This document shows, piece after piece, positions 1-9,867 of a DNA stretch of 64,000 bases. The stretch is from positions 42,498 to 106,497 of the forward strand of contig CAYXGI010000009.1 of NCBI GenBank assembly GCA_964464495.1. Reading direction: 5' to 3'. Position 1 is the stretch's first letter. Each line of letters starts with the position of its first letter. Below the pieces are notes generated by a model, which was not told the origin of the DNA, made no database searches, and saw nothing but the letters and a program-made list of their open reading frames with translations. Position numbers and translations under genes: made by a program. Source of the DNA: an uncultured Phycisphaerales bacterium. GTDB lineage: Bacteria > Planctomycetota > B15-G4 > CAYZWU01.

Positions 1-403
1 GCAGGATGCGCGTGCGGTCCGCGATTTCGCGCAGGATCGCACGGCAGTTCGGGTTGCGAGGATCGTAGGTCCCTTGCGGAGAGTAGAAGTAGACGGGCAG
101 CACGAGTTCGCTCGCACCGCAGAGGCAGTAACCGCCGTCCGTGAGATGGGCGATGTACGCCCAGGTCGAACCGTCTTTTTCATAGGATTCGAGCAAGGCG
201 ACAGCCGTGTCGATCCTGGGGTCGGGTGTGTATGTCTGCACCCACGTTTCCACCGCTGCCCGGATAATGTCGGGGGCGAGCAGTTCCTCGTGGTTTGCGC
301 CGTTCTCGGCCCTCGCCGTCTGAAAGCCGCTTCCGGCGGAGCCGATGATGATGATCAAGAGTCCGATGATGAGATATGGTTTCGAGATTTGTTTCCAGTA
401 CAT
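1..403 (-). CDS. hypothetical exported/membrane protein (N-terminus in window, C-terminus beyond window start)
   Basis: Minus-strand ATG at 403..401 with an AAGGGGG Shine-Dalgarno about 8 nt upstream. Translation MYWKQISKPYLIIGLLIIIIGSAGSGFQTARAENG... has an N-terminal hydrophobic segment and reads open to position 1. It is absent from the ORF track because it runs off the window edge. It sits 14 bp downstream of the FG-GAP gene stop on the same strand. Confidence 0.4.
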   Translation of the reverse strand, partial: MYWKQISKPYLIIGLLIIIIGSAGSGFQTARAENGANHEELLAPDIIRAAVETWVQTYTPDPRIDTAVALLESYEKDGSTWAYIAHLTDGGYCLCGASELVLPVYFYSPQGTYDPRNPNCRAILREIADRTRIL

Positions 404-418
404 TGCGAACCCCCTTTC

Positions 419-2443
419 TTACTGCAAAGCGACGAGTACGAGGACCAGACCCTTGCCCTTTTTCAGGGAAGTCATGGCCTTGCCGATGATGGCTCCCTGG
501 CTCCGTACATGGTCGAGAACCTTCATGGCGTATCCAGGAACATCGGAGCTGGTCAGGAGGTCGCCCGGTTCGACAGCGCCTTGGGAGGCGTCCACCCAGC
601 AGTAGACGCGGCCGGTGAGGGCCACGGGAGTTTCACCGTCCGCCTTGGAGTTGTCCTGCCCCATCAGCAAACCCGTGTCGATGCCGCCTGCGCCGCTGAT
701 GATGCCTGCCACCGTGCGGTCATAGGCACTGGTGCTGACAACCAGGTTTCCGGGATGCTCCGGATCGATGCAGACCACCATGCCTGGCGCGGGCGATGGC
801 TCATTGCGGGCGCCGCGAATGTCGAAACACTCCGACAGGTCGGATCCGCCCCGGATCTCGAGGACGTCGGTGCTGCAGCCGCCCGAGAACCAGCCTCCCC
901 ATCCGTCAGGAGACTCGACTGTGCCCATCACGCCGTAGGTGACGCCCGTGGGGGAGGCGGCGTGCCCCCAGACGGCTCGACCCTGGTCGGACTCGACCTT
1001 TCCATAGACGCCGCGCGTGTAACCCGTGGTGGAGGTGGCGTAACCGATGACGCCGCGTCCCTTCTCATGGTCGGCCTCGCCGTAAACACCGTAGGAGTAC
1101 GTGGAGCTGCCCGTTGCCTCGCCTCTCAGACCGATGCCGGGACCTCTTCCCAGGACACCACAGCCGTCAGGCGATTCGGTTTTTCCGTAAACGCCCCTCA
1201 CGTCACCCGTTGTTCTCGAGGCATACCCCCTCACACCCGCACCCAACAAGCCGGCATTTTCTCCATAGACACCGTAAGAGGTCAGCGAGGGGAATCCGAG
1301 TGCCTGGCCAATAACGCCGTAACGCCTTGCTTCGCCATAGACTCCCGAATCCGAGCCCGGGTTTTTACACATCATCACGGGATCGCTCGAATCACAGGTC
1401 AACGAGAGGGGAAGCTGGAGGTCGGCCGCAACGATGGTGCCGTCCACGATGTCGTTCTGCGTGGTGGTGTCGTCGCCGCCTTCCACCTCGGGAACATCGA
1501 TTCCCACTGAACCGGGCGAATTATCGTTGATGTAGACCGAGTCGTAGACGAGCGCCGGAGGCTGGTACGGGTCGGCTCCAACAGGCCCGTTCGCGTTGTA
1601 GTCCAGCTGTCTGCCGAAGGAGAATCGGCCCGGCTTGGATAGATCGGGCGTGGGCGTGTTGTTTCCGTTCATTGCGCCGTCCAGATCGAGACCCTCGAGC
1701 CGGACGCTGTCGAAGCCTTGACCGCTTCGGTTGCGAAAGATCCTGTCTCCTCCGGGAGTCTGCACGAGGAGATCGTCGAAACCATCGCCGTCATAGTCTT
1801 CGAGATGAGCCTGAGTACTCAACAGTTCCGCGGGAAGTCCCAGGGTTTCGGTCACGTCCGTGAAACGCAGGTCGCCGTCGTTGCGGTAGAGGACGAATCC
1901 TTTTTCGAGATAGAGAAAGAGATCGTCCCGGCCGTCGCCGTTGTAGTCTCCAAAGAAACCCGCTCCTCCCTGACCGGCGCCGTTGGGAAAAGCAATGGCG
2001 GTGACATCCTTGAAACCGCCACTGCCGCGATTCTGATAGACGAGGTTGCCTTTGTGGTGGAGAACGAAGAGATCCTTGAGACCGTCACCATCGCAGTCAC
2101 CCCAGAGATGGCGGAGGGGCGGAACGGTGGCTGGTCGCTCCGGCACCGGAACGGCTGCTCGCTGATCGACGCCGATGTCGGGCTGGGAAAGGTTAAGTGA
2201 ATTTCGGGGGAGAATGGGTTCCCGGTCCCGGGTGCGATCCTCCGAGGGTGTCTCTTCTCCTGAGGAGAGTGCCTGAGCAGAGACCGCGCCGCCCAATAGA
2301 AGAAGCGCAAAAAGAAGCACGGTGAGCCATTTCGATTTCTTCATGAGATTTCCTCCTGTAATGAAATGACACAAAAAGAATTGATCCAAGGATGAAACAA
2401 TCCGGCCCATGACACGCGGCATGGGATTCGTCCTCTTTGTCAA
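419..2443 (-). CDS. secreted FG-GAP/VCBS-repeat protein with tandem Gly/Tyr-rich 'YGVYG' repeats and a distinct C-terminal domain
   Basis: 674 aa with signal peptide MKKSKWLTVLLFALLLLGGAVSAQA. Several DxDGDGxxDL calcium-binding FG-GAP-like motifs are present. Later there are repeated YGVYGE/GVYGK units. The C-terminal ~120 aa carry SDLSECFDI...GIISGAGG...GAIIGKAM. The overlapping + strand ORF 74..1510 is judged antisense artefact. Confidence 0.8.
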   Translation of the reverse strand: MTKRTNPMPRVMGRIVSSLDQFFLCHFITGGNLMKKSKWLTVLLFALLLLGGAVSAQALSSGEETPSEDRTRDREPILPRNSLNLSQPDIGVDQRAAVPVPERPATVPPLRHLWGDCDGDGLKDLFVLHHKGNLVYQNRGSGGFKDVTAIAFPNGAGQGGAGFFGDYNGDGRDDLFLYLEKGFVLYRNDGDLRFTDVTETLGLPAELLSTQAHLEDYDGDGFDDLLVQTPGGDRIFRNRSGQGFDSVRLEGLDLDGAMNGNNTPTPDLSKPGRFSFGRQLDYNANGPVGADPYQPPALVYDSVYINDNSPGSVGIDVPEVEGGDDTTTQNDIVDGTIVAADLQLPLSLTCDSSDPVMMCKNPGSDSGVYGEARRYGVIGQALGFPSLTSYGVYGENAGLLGAGVRGYASRTTGDVRGVYGKTESPDGCGVLGRGPGIGLRGEATGSSTYSYGVYGEADHEKGRGVIGYATSTTGYTRGVYGKVESDQGRAVWGHAASPTGVTYGVMGTVESPDGWGGWFSGGCSTDVLEIRGGSDLSECFDIRGARNEPSPAPGMVVCIDPEHPGNLVVSTSAYDRTVAGIISGAGGIDTGLLMGQDNSKADGETPVALTGRVYCWVDASQGAVEPGDLLTSSDVPGYAMKVLDHVRSQGAIIGKAMTSLKKGKGLVLVLVALQ

Positions 2444-2669
2444 AAAGTGTCGAATTCAATGGGGTGGGCGGAATCGGCATGGAAAAAGGGCAATGGATTT
2501 TGTCTTTTTCGGAGCGGGAGGACGGCCTGATATGTTCGATCCTTCAGGTCGGGCCTGTTGCCGAGTAGAGGAATTCTTTTCCAGTCTTCGAGATAATATG
2601 CGATATAATCAGATGATATGAAGTAGGGGGTGCTCGTTTCGGTCTTCTGAGAACAGGGCTGAAAAGAAT

Positions 2670-3227
2670 TTGACTCCCAACAAGGACGTCACGCGATTAC
2701 TCGCTGATCTGAACGCCGGCAAGGAGGGCGCCGCCGAAACTCTTCTGCCCCTCTTGTACGACGAATTGCGCTCTCTGGCCCGGTACTACATGCGCGGCGA
2801 GCGCAAGGGGCACACCCTTCAAACCACGGCGCTCGTTCACGAAGCCTATCTCCGGCTCTGCGGCACCGAGGACAGCGCCTGGGACAACCGCTCTCACTAC
2901 ATGCGCGTTGCGGCGCGCGCCATGCGCCACGTGCTCATCGACCATGCCCGCCAGAAGAAAACCGACAAGCGAGGCGGCAAGCGGCAGCGCGAGCCGCTTG
3001 ACATGGTCGACCATCTTTTGGGCGACGGTTCGGTCGATCTTCTGGCTCTCGACCACGCTCTCACCGACCTGGCCGAGATGGATCCGCGCCTGGCCCAGAT
3101 CGTGGAGCTCCGATTCTTCGGGGGATTGACCATCGAGGAGACGGCGCGCGTTCTCGATATCTCGCCCCGAACCGTGAAGTACGACTGGAAGTTGGCCAAG
3201 GCTTGGCTCAAGGAGGAGCTGGGTTAG
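2670..3227 (+). CDS. RNA polymerase ECF-type sigma-70 factor (TIGR02999-like subfamily)
   Basis: 185 aa with region 2 (LLPLLYDELRSLARYYM, HEAYLRL) and region 4 HTH (ELRFFGGLTIEETARVLDISPRTVKYDWKLAKAWL). A TATAAT-like sequence lies upstream near 2611. No anti-sigma gene follows. Confidence 0.85.
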   Translation: MTPNKDVTRLLADLNAGKEGAAETLLPLLYDELRSLARYYMRGERKGHTLQTTALVHEAYLRLCGTEDSAWDNRSHYMRVAARAMRHVLIDHARQKKTDKRGGKRQREPLDMVDHLLGDGSVDLLALDHALTDLAEMDPRLAQIVELRFFGGLTIEETARVLDISPRTVKYDWKLAKAWLKEELG

Positions 3228-4881
3228 CGGCCTTTTCTATCTCGTCGATGGTGACATCGTCGACGATCGTGGTGGCGCCGAGGCCCGTGGGAAGAACGAA
3301 GTGGAGGCGGCCCGACCTCTTCTTCTTGTCCAGATTCAGTGCATCGAGAAAGGCTTTCCAATCGACCGCAGGGGGAGTGATCGGCAAACCGCAGCGTTCG
3401 AGCGTGGCCGCAACGCGGCGCACGTAGTTCTCGTCGACCAGATCGCGATTGCGGGAGATCTTCGAGACGGCGACGAGACCGATCGAAACGGCCTGGCCAT
3501 GGGTGAGAGAGCCGTACTCGCCCAGCGTTTCGAAGGCGTGTCCCAGGGTGTGGCCCAGGTTCAGGACTCGCCGTTCGCCTTCTTCGAATGGATCGCGCTC
3601 CACGATCGATGCCTTGATCGCCGCGCACTCGAACACGCACCGTTCGAGAAAAGCGGTCCGCCGCAGCGAGTCTGTGCTCGTTTCCAGTTCCTTCTCTATG
3701 TAATGAAAGAGATCGGCCGAACCGAGGAGCGCTGTCTTGACCACCTCGGCCATTCCGTTGGAGATCTCCCCATCGTCGAGGGTGCGCAGGACGCAGGGAT
3801 CGCTCAGCACGAGGTGGGGCTGGTAGAAATTCCCAACGAGATTCTTGGCGCGCACGTGGTTGACGCCCACCTTGCCGCCGATGCTGGCGTCGACCTGGGC
3901 GAGCAGGGTTGTGGGGACCTGAACGAAGGTCATGCCGCGCATGTAGATCGACGCTGCAAAACCGCCAAGGTCGCCGGTGACGCCGCCGCCCATGGTGATC
4001 GCGATCGAATCGCGCGCCGCGCCGGAGCGGGCGAGGGCGTCGAGAATACGCCCGGCCTGATCAAAGGTCTTCTCCTTGTCCCCGTCGTGGATCGCTATTT
4101 CGGTCCAATCGATCGAGGCCGCGTCGAGAGAAGCCGCAACCTGCTCGATGTGGAGATCGCGCACGGTGGCCGGAATCATGACGAAAACCCGCGACCGCCG
4201 GCCGGACTCCCCGAGGACCGCTTCGATCTTTTCGTCCAGCCGCGAGAGGAGACCCCGTCCGATCATGATCGTGCTCTCCGATCGGTCCGTCCCCATCGAA
4301 CCCAGGGGAACGCCGAGCGTGATCGTCCGGTCCGGAATGGGAATTTCCGCCGCGATCCGGCATGCCGCTCCCCGCGGACTGAGCCGTGTCGTGTCGACGC
4401 GCGAGGGGATCTCCGAATAAGCCTGCTCGCGTTCTGCGAGAATCATCCTGATGCGGTCGGCGAGGCCGTGGTTGCCGCCGGGGGATGTCTCATCGCCTGT
4501 CAGGAGCGGCCGCGACCTGTCATCGCCCACCCGCTGCATGATCGCGTCGACCGATGCTTCGAGCAGAAAGACCCGGCCCTTGGTGGAGAGAGCCTCGAGA
4601 TTGCGGGGATCGACAAGCGCTCCGCCGCCGGTGGCCACAACGAGGTCTGTCTGGTCGGCCAGGGAGCGACAGAGCTCCTTTTCGCAGCGGCGAAAGTGGG
4701 CCTCGCCCTTCGTGGCGAAGATGTCCGACACGCTCAGACCCTCGCGCTCCTCGATGAGCTGGTCCATGTCGACGAAGGCGACGCCGAGCATCTCGGCCAG
4801 GGCGCGGCCCGCGGCGGTCTTGCCCGTGCCCATGAATCCCGTGATCACCGTGAGAGGTATCGGCTCTGTTCTGCCTGTCAC
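3208..4881 (-). CDS. bifunctional shikimate kinase / 3-dehydroquinate synthase (AroK-AroB fusion)
   Basis: 557 aa. The N-terminus has Walker A GFMGTGKTAAGRALA, typical of shikimate kinase. The C-terminal ~360 aa match DHQ synthase (GGGVTGDLGGFAASIYMRGMTFVQVPTTLLAQVDASIGGKVGVN). Confidence 0.9.
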   Translation of the reverse strand: MTGRTEPIPLTVITGFMGTGKTAAGRALAEMLGVAFVDMDQLIEEREGLSVSDIFATKGEAHFRRCEKELCRSLADQTDLVVATGGGALVDPRNLEALSTKGRVFLLEASVDAIMQRVGDDRSRPLLTGDETSPGGNHGLADRIRMILAEREQAYSEIPSRVDTTRLSPRGAACRIAAEIPIPDRTITLGVPLGSMGTDRSESTIMIGRGLLSRLDEKIEAVLGESGRRSRVFVMIPATVRDLHIEQVAASLDAASIDWTEIAIHDGDKEKTFDQAGRILDALARSGAARDSIAITMGGGVTGDLGGFAASIYMRGMTFVQVPTTLLAQVDASIGGKVGVNHVRAKNLVGNFYQPHLVLSDPCVLRTLDDGEISNGMAEVVKTALLGSADLFHYIEKELETSTDSLRRTAFLERCVFECAAIKASIVERDPFEEGERRVLNLGHTLGHAFETLGEYGSLTHGQAVSIGLVAVSKISRNRDLVDENYVRRVAATLERCGLPITPPAVDWKAFLDALNLDKKKRSGRLHFVLPTGLGATTIVDDVTIDEIEKAANPAPP

Positions 4882-4902
4882 TAATATTGCTCCGAAGTGG
4901 CG

Positions 4903-6174
4903 TCAGCTAACGAGTCGGTCGAGGTCGCGGAGAAACTCCGGATAGGAAATGTCGACCGCATCGGCATCCTCGATTGTTGTGGCGCCCTCGGCGACGAGCC
5001 CGGCCACGGCCATGGCCATGGCGATGCGATGGTCTCCGAAAGACTCGACGGTCGCACCGCGGAGCGCGCACGGTCCCTTGATTATAAAACCGTCATCGAG
5101 CTCTTCAACCACTGCGCCGAGTCGTGCGAGATTGTCCACCATGCAGCGGATCCTGTCCGATTCCTTGTGGCGGAGCTCCCCGGCGCCACGCACCACGGTT
5201 GTGCCTCGCGCCTGCGTGGCGGTCACGGCGAGCAGAGGCAGCTCGTCGATCAGCGACGGGATGATCGCGCCGTCGATTACCACCCCCTCGAGGGAGCTCG
5301 AGCGGACAATGATGTCGGCTGTCGGCTCACCGGCCGAGGTGGTGTTGTTCTCCATGGCGATCCGGGCGCCCATTCCCTGCAGCACGCGGAGCGCGCCGGT
5401 GCGCGTGGGATTGATCCCCGTGGAGTTCACGCGTACCTCGGAACCGGGACAGATCGCCGCTGCCGCCATGAAGAATGCCGCCGACGAGATATCGCCCGGC
5501 ACGCCCACGGTGACCGCGCCGAGGGGCGATTGACCCGTTACCGTGATCGTGTTGGCCTGCCGCGACAGGGACGCGCCCATGGCGCCGAGCATGAGTTCCG
5601 TGTGGTCGCGGGTGGGGGCCTTTTCGACAATGGTCGTTTCGCCCGTGGCGTTGAGGCCGGCGAGGAGCACGGCGCTCTTGACCTGCGCGCTCGCCATGGG
5701 CGGATGGTAGACGATTCCGTCGAGGCCGGTCGCCCTGATCCGCATGGGGAGGCATCCGTCGGACGCGGTCGTGACCTCGGCGCCCATGAGACGAAGCGGC
5801 TCTGCGATCCGTTCCATGGGGCGGCGTCTGAGTGACGCATCACCGTCGATGGTGCAGTCGATGCCGAGCCCGGCCACGAGGCCGGCGAGGAGCCGCGCCG
5901 TGGTTCCTGAATTTCCCGCGTCGATTGTGGCGCTGCTCTTCCAGCGTCCGGGGGAGACCCTGATCTTGTCGCCCGGCATCTCTTCCACGGCACAACCGAG
6001 AGAGCGCAGGCACGATGCCGTGCTCGCCACATCGTCCGCGAGGGGCAGCCCGTGCACGATCTGCTCTCCCCGCGCGACGGAGCCGAGGATGAGGGCGCGG
6101 TGGGCGATCGATTTGTCGCCCGGCACCCGGACCGTGCCGTTGATCTTGCCTGCCCTGGTCACGCGTCTGTTCAT
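4903..6174 (-). CDS. aroA: 3-phosphoshikimate 1-carboxyvinyltransferase (EPSP synthase)
   Basis: 423 aa. N-terminus GTVRVPGDKSIAHRALILGSVA and overall EPSP synthase architecture. Confidence 0.9.
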   Translation of the reverse strand: MNRRVTRAGKINGTVRVPGDKSIAHRALILGSVARGEQIVHGLPLADDVASTASCLRSLGCAVEEMPGDKIRVSPGRWKSSATIDAGNSGTTARLLAGLVAGLGIDCTIDGDASLRRRPMERIAEPLRLMGAEVTTASDGCLPMRIRATGLDGIVYHPPMASAQVKSAVLLAGLNATGETTIVEKAPTRDHTELMLGAMGASLSRQANTITVTGQSPLGAVTVGVPGDISSAAFFMAAAAICPGSEVRVNSTGINPTRTGALRVLQGMGARIAMENNTTSAGEPTADIIVRSSSLEGVVIDGAIIPSLIDELPLLAVTATQARGTTVVRGAGELRHKESDRIRCMVDNLARLGAVVEELDDGFIIKGPCALRGATVESFGDHRIAMAMAVAGLVAEGATTIEDADAVDISYPEFLRDLDRLVS

Positions 6175-6187
6175 GTTCTCCAGCCTC

Positions 6188-7213
6188 TCAACTCACGGCC
6201 GCCATGCGGCGTCCGACAGCGGCCGCAATGGGGCGCAGCTCGTCCATCATCGCCTCGAACTCGTCGAAGTGGAGGCTCTGGTCCCCGTCGCAGAGCGCGG
6301 TCTCGGGCGAAGGGTGCACCTCGACGATGACCCCGTCGGCGCCCGCGGCAACGGCCGCCCTCGACACGGCCGCGATGATGTCGCGCCGGCCCGTGGCGTG
6401 GCTCGGATCGACGATCACCGGAAGGTGGCTGCACTGCTTGATCACTGGCACGGCGCAGATGTCGAGGGTGTTGCGCGTCGCCTTCTCGAAGGTCCTGATG
6501 CCGCGCTCGCAGAACATGACCTGGCTGTTGCCGTTGGCGAGGATGTACTCGGCCGCGAGGAGGAGTTCCTCCACCGTGCACATCATGCCCCTTTTCAGCA
6601 GAACCGGTTTCTTGACCCGGCCCACGGCCTCGAGAAGGGAATAGTTCTGCATGTTGCGCGCCCCGACCTGAAGGATGTCGGCGTAGCGGCAGACGAGGGG
6701 AACGAGATCCGGCGCCATCACCTCGGTCACGATGGGCAGGCCGGTCTCGGCCTTGGCGGCAAGCAGGATCTTGAGTCCTTCCTCGCCCATGCCCTGGAAA
6801 CTGTAGGGCGATGTGCGCGGCTTGAACGCGCCGCCACGCAAGATACGGCCGCCCGCGGCGCGCACCGCCCGGGCGGCCGATTTGAGCTGCTCCGACGATT
6901 CGACCGAACAGGGACCGGCCATGACGACGAACTCGTCGCCGCCGATCGAGACGCCGTTGACCTTGATCACCGTGTTTTCCGGCTTGTACTCACGGTTGAC
7001 GAGCTTGAACGACTTGGAGACGGGCGTCATCTGAGCCACGCCCGGCATGGTGCCGATCTGATCGAGAGTCTTCGATCGCGTCGCGCCGATCACGCCGATG
7101 ATGGTCTCGCGCGCGCCGTGCGACGGCCGGGCTTTCAGGCCCGCGGCTTCGATGGCGCGGATGACTCCGCTGATTTCGGCGACCGATGCAGTCTGGTTCA
7201 TCACGATGATCAT
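6188..7213 (-). CDS. 3-deoxy-7-phosphoheptulonate (DAHP) synthase, class I-beta, with N-terminal regulatory domain
   Basis: 341 aa. The catalytic core ([24 protein letters not shown]...[11 protein letters not shown]) is preceded by a ~75 aa N-terminal domain like the ferredoxin-like regulatory domain of Thermotoga/Bacillus-type DAHPS. The start overlaps the trpA stop. Confidence 0.9.
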   Translation of the reverse strand: MIIVMNQTASVAEISGVIRAIEAAGLKARPSHGARETIIGVIGATRSKTLDQIGTMPGVAQMTPVSKSFKLVNREYKPENTVIKVNGVSIGGDEFVVMAGPCSVESSEQLKSAARAVRAAGGRILRGGAFKPRTSPYSFQGMGEEGLKILLAAKAETGLPIVTEVMAPDLVPLVCRYADILQVGARNMQNYSLLEAVGRVKKPVLLKRGMMCTVEELLLAAEYILANGNSQVMFCERGIRTFEKATRNTLDICAVPVIKQCSHLPVIVDPSHATGRRDIIAAVSRAAVAAGADGVIVEVHPSPETALCDGDQSLHFDEFEAMMDELRPIAAAVGRRMAAVS

Positions 7214-8061
7214 CTTTGTCGACTCCTCTTCGGCGGATTGATCGCCTCTTGTACAGTGTGCAGGAACTCTTCCACTTTTTCCACAGCCGCCTCCGGCGAG
7301 GGCGCCGCGTCGATGATCCTGATCAGGGCGCTCCCGATGATCACTCCGTCGACGCGCGCCGTGGCGCGCACGGCGTGTTCGGGTGTGGCAATCCCGAAAC
7401 CGGCGTAGAGCGGGAGGCGCGCCAGGGAACGGACCCTGTCGACGAATGCGTCGAAGACGCCGGTATCAGCCGCGCTCGATCCCGTCACTCCGGTGAGGGC
7501 CACGAGGTAGAGAAATCCCTCGGCATCGCTACTGATCGCCGCCAGCCTCTCCGGGCTCGATGTGAGCGCCACGAGGTCGACGAGGGTGATCGACTCTCTT
7601 GCGAGTGCCCGGCGCGGTCCGTCCGATTCTTCGATGGGGAGGTCGGGAATGATCACGCCCTTGACGCCCGACTCGGCCGCTGTGCGCGCAAAGCGTTCGA
7701 TCCCCATGCGCATGATCGGATTCAGGTAGCCCATGGCGCAGATGGAGACGGCCGATTTCGTCGACGCCGATACCGACTGCGTCGACACCGACTCCGTCGA
7801 CGCTTGCCGTGTCAGGGCGAGCGCCCGGGAAAGGGTCATTCCCCGCGCCAGAGCCGCCTCGGACGAAGCCTGGATCACCGGCCCGTCGGCAATCGGGTCG
7901 GAGAAGGGGATGCCGATTTCGACGACGCGGCACCCGGCCCTGACCGCGGCGGCCACGAGGGCGAGGAATGTCTCCTCGTCGGGGTAACCGGCAGTGAAAA
8001 AGGGAACGAGTGCTTTTAGTCCCGAGGTGCGCATCCTGTCCGTGGTGTCTGAGAGGTTCAT
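7210..8061 (-). CDS. trpA: tryptophan synthase alpha subunit
   Basis: The ORF track gives a 544 aa ORF with a low-complexity Arg/Gly-rich N-terminal extension that I reject. The TrpA-homologous part starts [28 protein letters not shown] at ATG 8061..8059. This ATG overlaps the trpB TGA (ATGA overlap). Confidence 0.85.
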   Translation of the reverse strand: MNLSDTTDRMRTSGLKALVPFFTAGYPDEETFLALVAAAVRAGCRVVEIGIPFSDPIADGPVIQASSEAALARGMTLSRALALTRQASTESVSTQSVSASTKSAVSICAMGYLNPIMRMGIERFARTAAESGVKGVIIPDLPIEESDGPRRALARESITLVDLVALTSSPERLAAISSDAEGFLYLVALTGVTGSSAADTGVFDAFVDRVRSLARLPLYAGFGIATPEHAVRATARVDGVIIGSALIRIIDAAPSPEAAVEKVEEFLHTVQEAINPPKRSRQR

Positions 8062-9245
8062 TGTTTCAGGCGCTCCTCCACGCTTTCGACGTCCTTGTCT
8101 CCCCGGCCGGAGAGATTGATGACGATCAGGTCGGCGACGGTGTCCGCGCGGGCGAGCAGCTTGACCGTATGGGCCAGCGCGTGACTCGACTCGAGAGCGG
8201 GCAGGATCCCCTCGATCCGCGTGAGAAGACCGAACGCATCGAGAGCCTCTGCATCGGTCACCCGCGAGTAGGTCACGCGGTTCGAGTCCTTGAGGAAACT
8301 GTGCTCCGGTCCCACGCCGGGGTAGTCGAGACCGGCCGCGATCGAGTGAGCGGGCAGGACCTGTCCGTCGTCGTCCTGCATCAGGTAGCTGAACGAGCCG
8401 TGAAGGACGCCCGGTTCGCCCTCGCAGAGCGCGGCCGCGTGGCCGTCGGCCGAGCCGCCCGCCTCGACGCCGTGCAGCGCCACGGCCTCGTCGCCGACGA
8501 AAGCGACGAAGATGCCGAGCGCGTTCGACCCGCCGCCCACGCAGGCGATCACATGGGACGGGAGGCGCCCTTCGATCTCGAGAATCTGGCGCCGCGCTTC
8601 GAGACCGATCACTTTCTGAAAATCGCGCACCACCGTGGGGTAGGGGTGGGGGCCGACCGTCGATCCGATGATGTAGTGGGTGCTCTCCACCCGGGTCACC
8701 CAGTCGCGGATCGTCTCGTTGGTGGCGTCCTTGAGGGTTTGCGTGCCGCTCGTCACGGGAACCACCGCCGCGCCGAGGAGCTCCATGCGGCGCACGTTGG
8801 GATTTTGCCGCGCCATGTCGACGGCGCCCATGTAGATGGTGCACTCCATGCCGAAGAGCGCCGCCACCGTGGCCGTGGCCACGCCGTGCTGGCCGGCGCC
8901 GGTCTCGGCCACGATGCGCGTCTTGCTCATGCGGCGCGCGAGCAGGACCTGGCCGAGGCAGTTGTTGATCTTGTGGGCGCCCGTGTGATTGAGGTCCTCG
9001 CGCTTGAGATAGATCCTGGCCTTGTTGCCGCAGTGGGCGCTGAGGTTGGCCGCATGGTAGAGCGGTGTGGGCCGGCCCGAGTAGTTCTCGAGGAGGCTCT
9101 GCAATTCGGCCGTGAAAGCCGCGTCATTGACGGCGTCCTTGTAGGCGGCGTCGAACTGTTCGAGGCACGCCATCAGGGTTTCGGGCACGTACTGGCCGCC
9201 GTAGGGCCCGAATCGGCCCGGCGATCTTCGTTCACTCGTCGCCAT
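8058..9245 (-). CDS. trpB: tryptophan synthase beta subunit
   Basis: PLP-enzyme signature: [22 protein letters not shown]...HTGAHKINN. The start is chosen at the internal Met (ATG 9245..9243), not the ORF-track start at 9323, on homology extent. Confidence 0.9.
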   Translation of the reverse strand: MATSERRSPGRFGPYGGQYVPETLMACLEQFDAAYKDAVNDAAFTAELQSLLENYSGRPTPLYHAANLSAHCGNKARIYLKREDLNHTGAHKINNCLGQVLLARRMSKTRIVAETGAGQHGVATATVAALFGMECTIYMGAVDMARQNPNVRRMELLGAAVVPVTSGTQTLKDATNETIRDWVTRVESTHYIIGSTVGPHPYPTVVRDFQKVIGLEARRQILEIEGRLPSHVIACVGGGSNALGIFVAFVGDEAVALHGVEAGGSADGHAAALCEGEPGVLHGSFSYLMQDDDGQVLPAHSIAAGLDYPGVGPEHSFLKDSNRVTYSRVTDAEALDAFGLLTRIEGILPALESSHALAHTVKLLARADTVADLIVINLSGRGDKDVESVEERLKQ

Positions 9246-9867
9246 TCTTGACCTCCGCGATGAAGCGTTTGACGGCCGCAGTATCCTTGACGCCCGGCTC
9301 CTTTTCCACGCCGCGGCAGACATCGACGCCGAAGGGCCGGACTTTTCTTACTGCCTCCCTCACATTCGTGGGATCGAGGCCTCCGGCGAGGAAGAGTTCG
9401 TATCCCCTGCGACTGGCCTCGGCCGCCTCGCTCCAGAGTGCGTCGATCGCTTTCATCCGAACCGGCTCGGTCTTGTCGAGATCGAGGAGAAAGTGGGCCG
9501 GCGCGATCTGCGCCGCGGGATCCTTCCTGTCGAGAAGGCGGCCCTGGGCGAGGGCCTTGACGAGCGGCAGCCCGGTGCGGGCGTGGAGCTCGGTGCAATA
9601 GGAGGCTGATTCGCTGCCGTGGAGCTGGATCATGTCGAGACCGGCGACTTGCGCGGTACGGACGATTTCGTCGAGATCGGCATCCATGAACACACCCACG
9701 AGGCGCGCATCGGGCACGGCGCGGCGGATCGCGGCGGCTTCCTCGGACGTGATCCGCCTGGGACTGTCGGCGAAGATCACCCCGAGGAAATCAGCACCCA
9801 TGCCGTGGCAGAGGAGTGCGTCCTCGGGTGAGGTGATGCCGCAGATCTTGATCTTGACCGCGTTCAT
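9232..9867 (-). CDS. trpF: phosphoribosylanthranilate isomerase
   Basis: Homology begins [21 protein letters not shown] 9867..9865 overlaps the trpC stop (ATGA). The upstream Arg-rich extension in the ORF track is rejected. Confidence 0.85.
   Translation of the reverse strand: MNAVKIKICGITSPEDALLCHGMGADFLGVIFADSPRRITSEEAAAIRRAVPDARLVGVFMDADLDEIVRTAQVAGLDMIQLHGSESASYCTELHARTGLPLVKALAQGRLLDRKDPAAQIAPAHFLLDLDKTEPVRMKAIDALWSEAAEASRRGYELFLAGGLDPTNVREAVRKVRPFGVDVCRGVEKEPGVKDTAAVKRFIAEVKNGDE

Noticed and set aside
74-1510. 478-aa + strand ORF
   Set aside because: It lies antisense to the FG-GAP/YG-repeat gene, which has a clear signal peptide and repeat architecture. It has no recognisable motifs. 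Long antisense ORFs are expected at ~65% GC.
2444-2669. Divergent intergenic region upstream of the ECF sigma gene, with a TATAAT-like element near 2611
   Set aside because: It is probably just the ECF and FG-GAP promoters. I could identify no characteristic ECF autoregulatory -35/-10 pair (GAAC...CGTC type) with confidence.
3301-4884. 527-aa + strand ORF
   Set aside because: Antisense to the AroK/AroB fusion, which has unambiguous Walker A and DHQ synthase motifs. Arg/Gly/Asp-rich low-complexity translation.
5744-7408. 554-aa + strand ORF spanning aroA, DAHPS and trpA
   Set aside because: Antisense to three homology-supported genes. Composition is Arg/Ala/Gly-rich with no domain signature.
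7210-8844. Long (544 aa) version of trpA with ~260-aa Arg/Gly/Pro-rich N-terminal extension
   Set aside because: The extension has no homology and overlaps trpB entirely. TrpA homology begins at MNLSDTTD (ATG 8061), which forms an ATGA overlap with the trpB stop.
8010-9251. 413-aa + strand ORF
   Set aside because: Antisense to trpB; no motifs.
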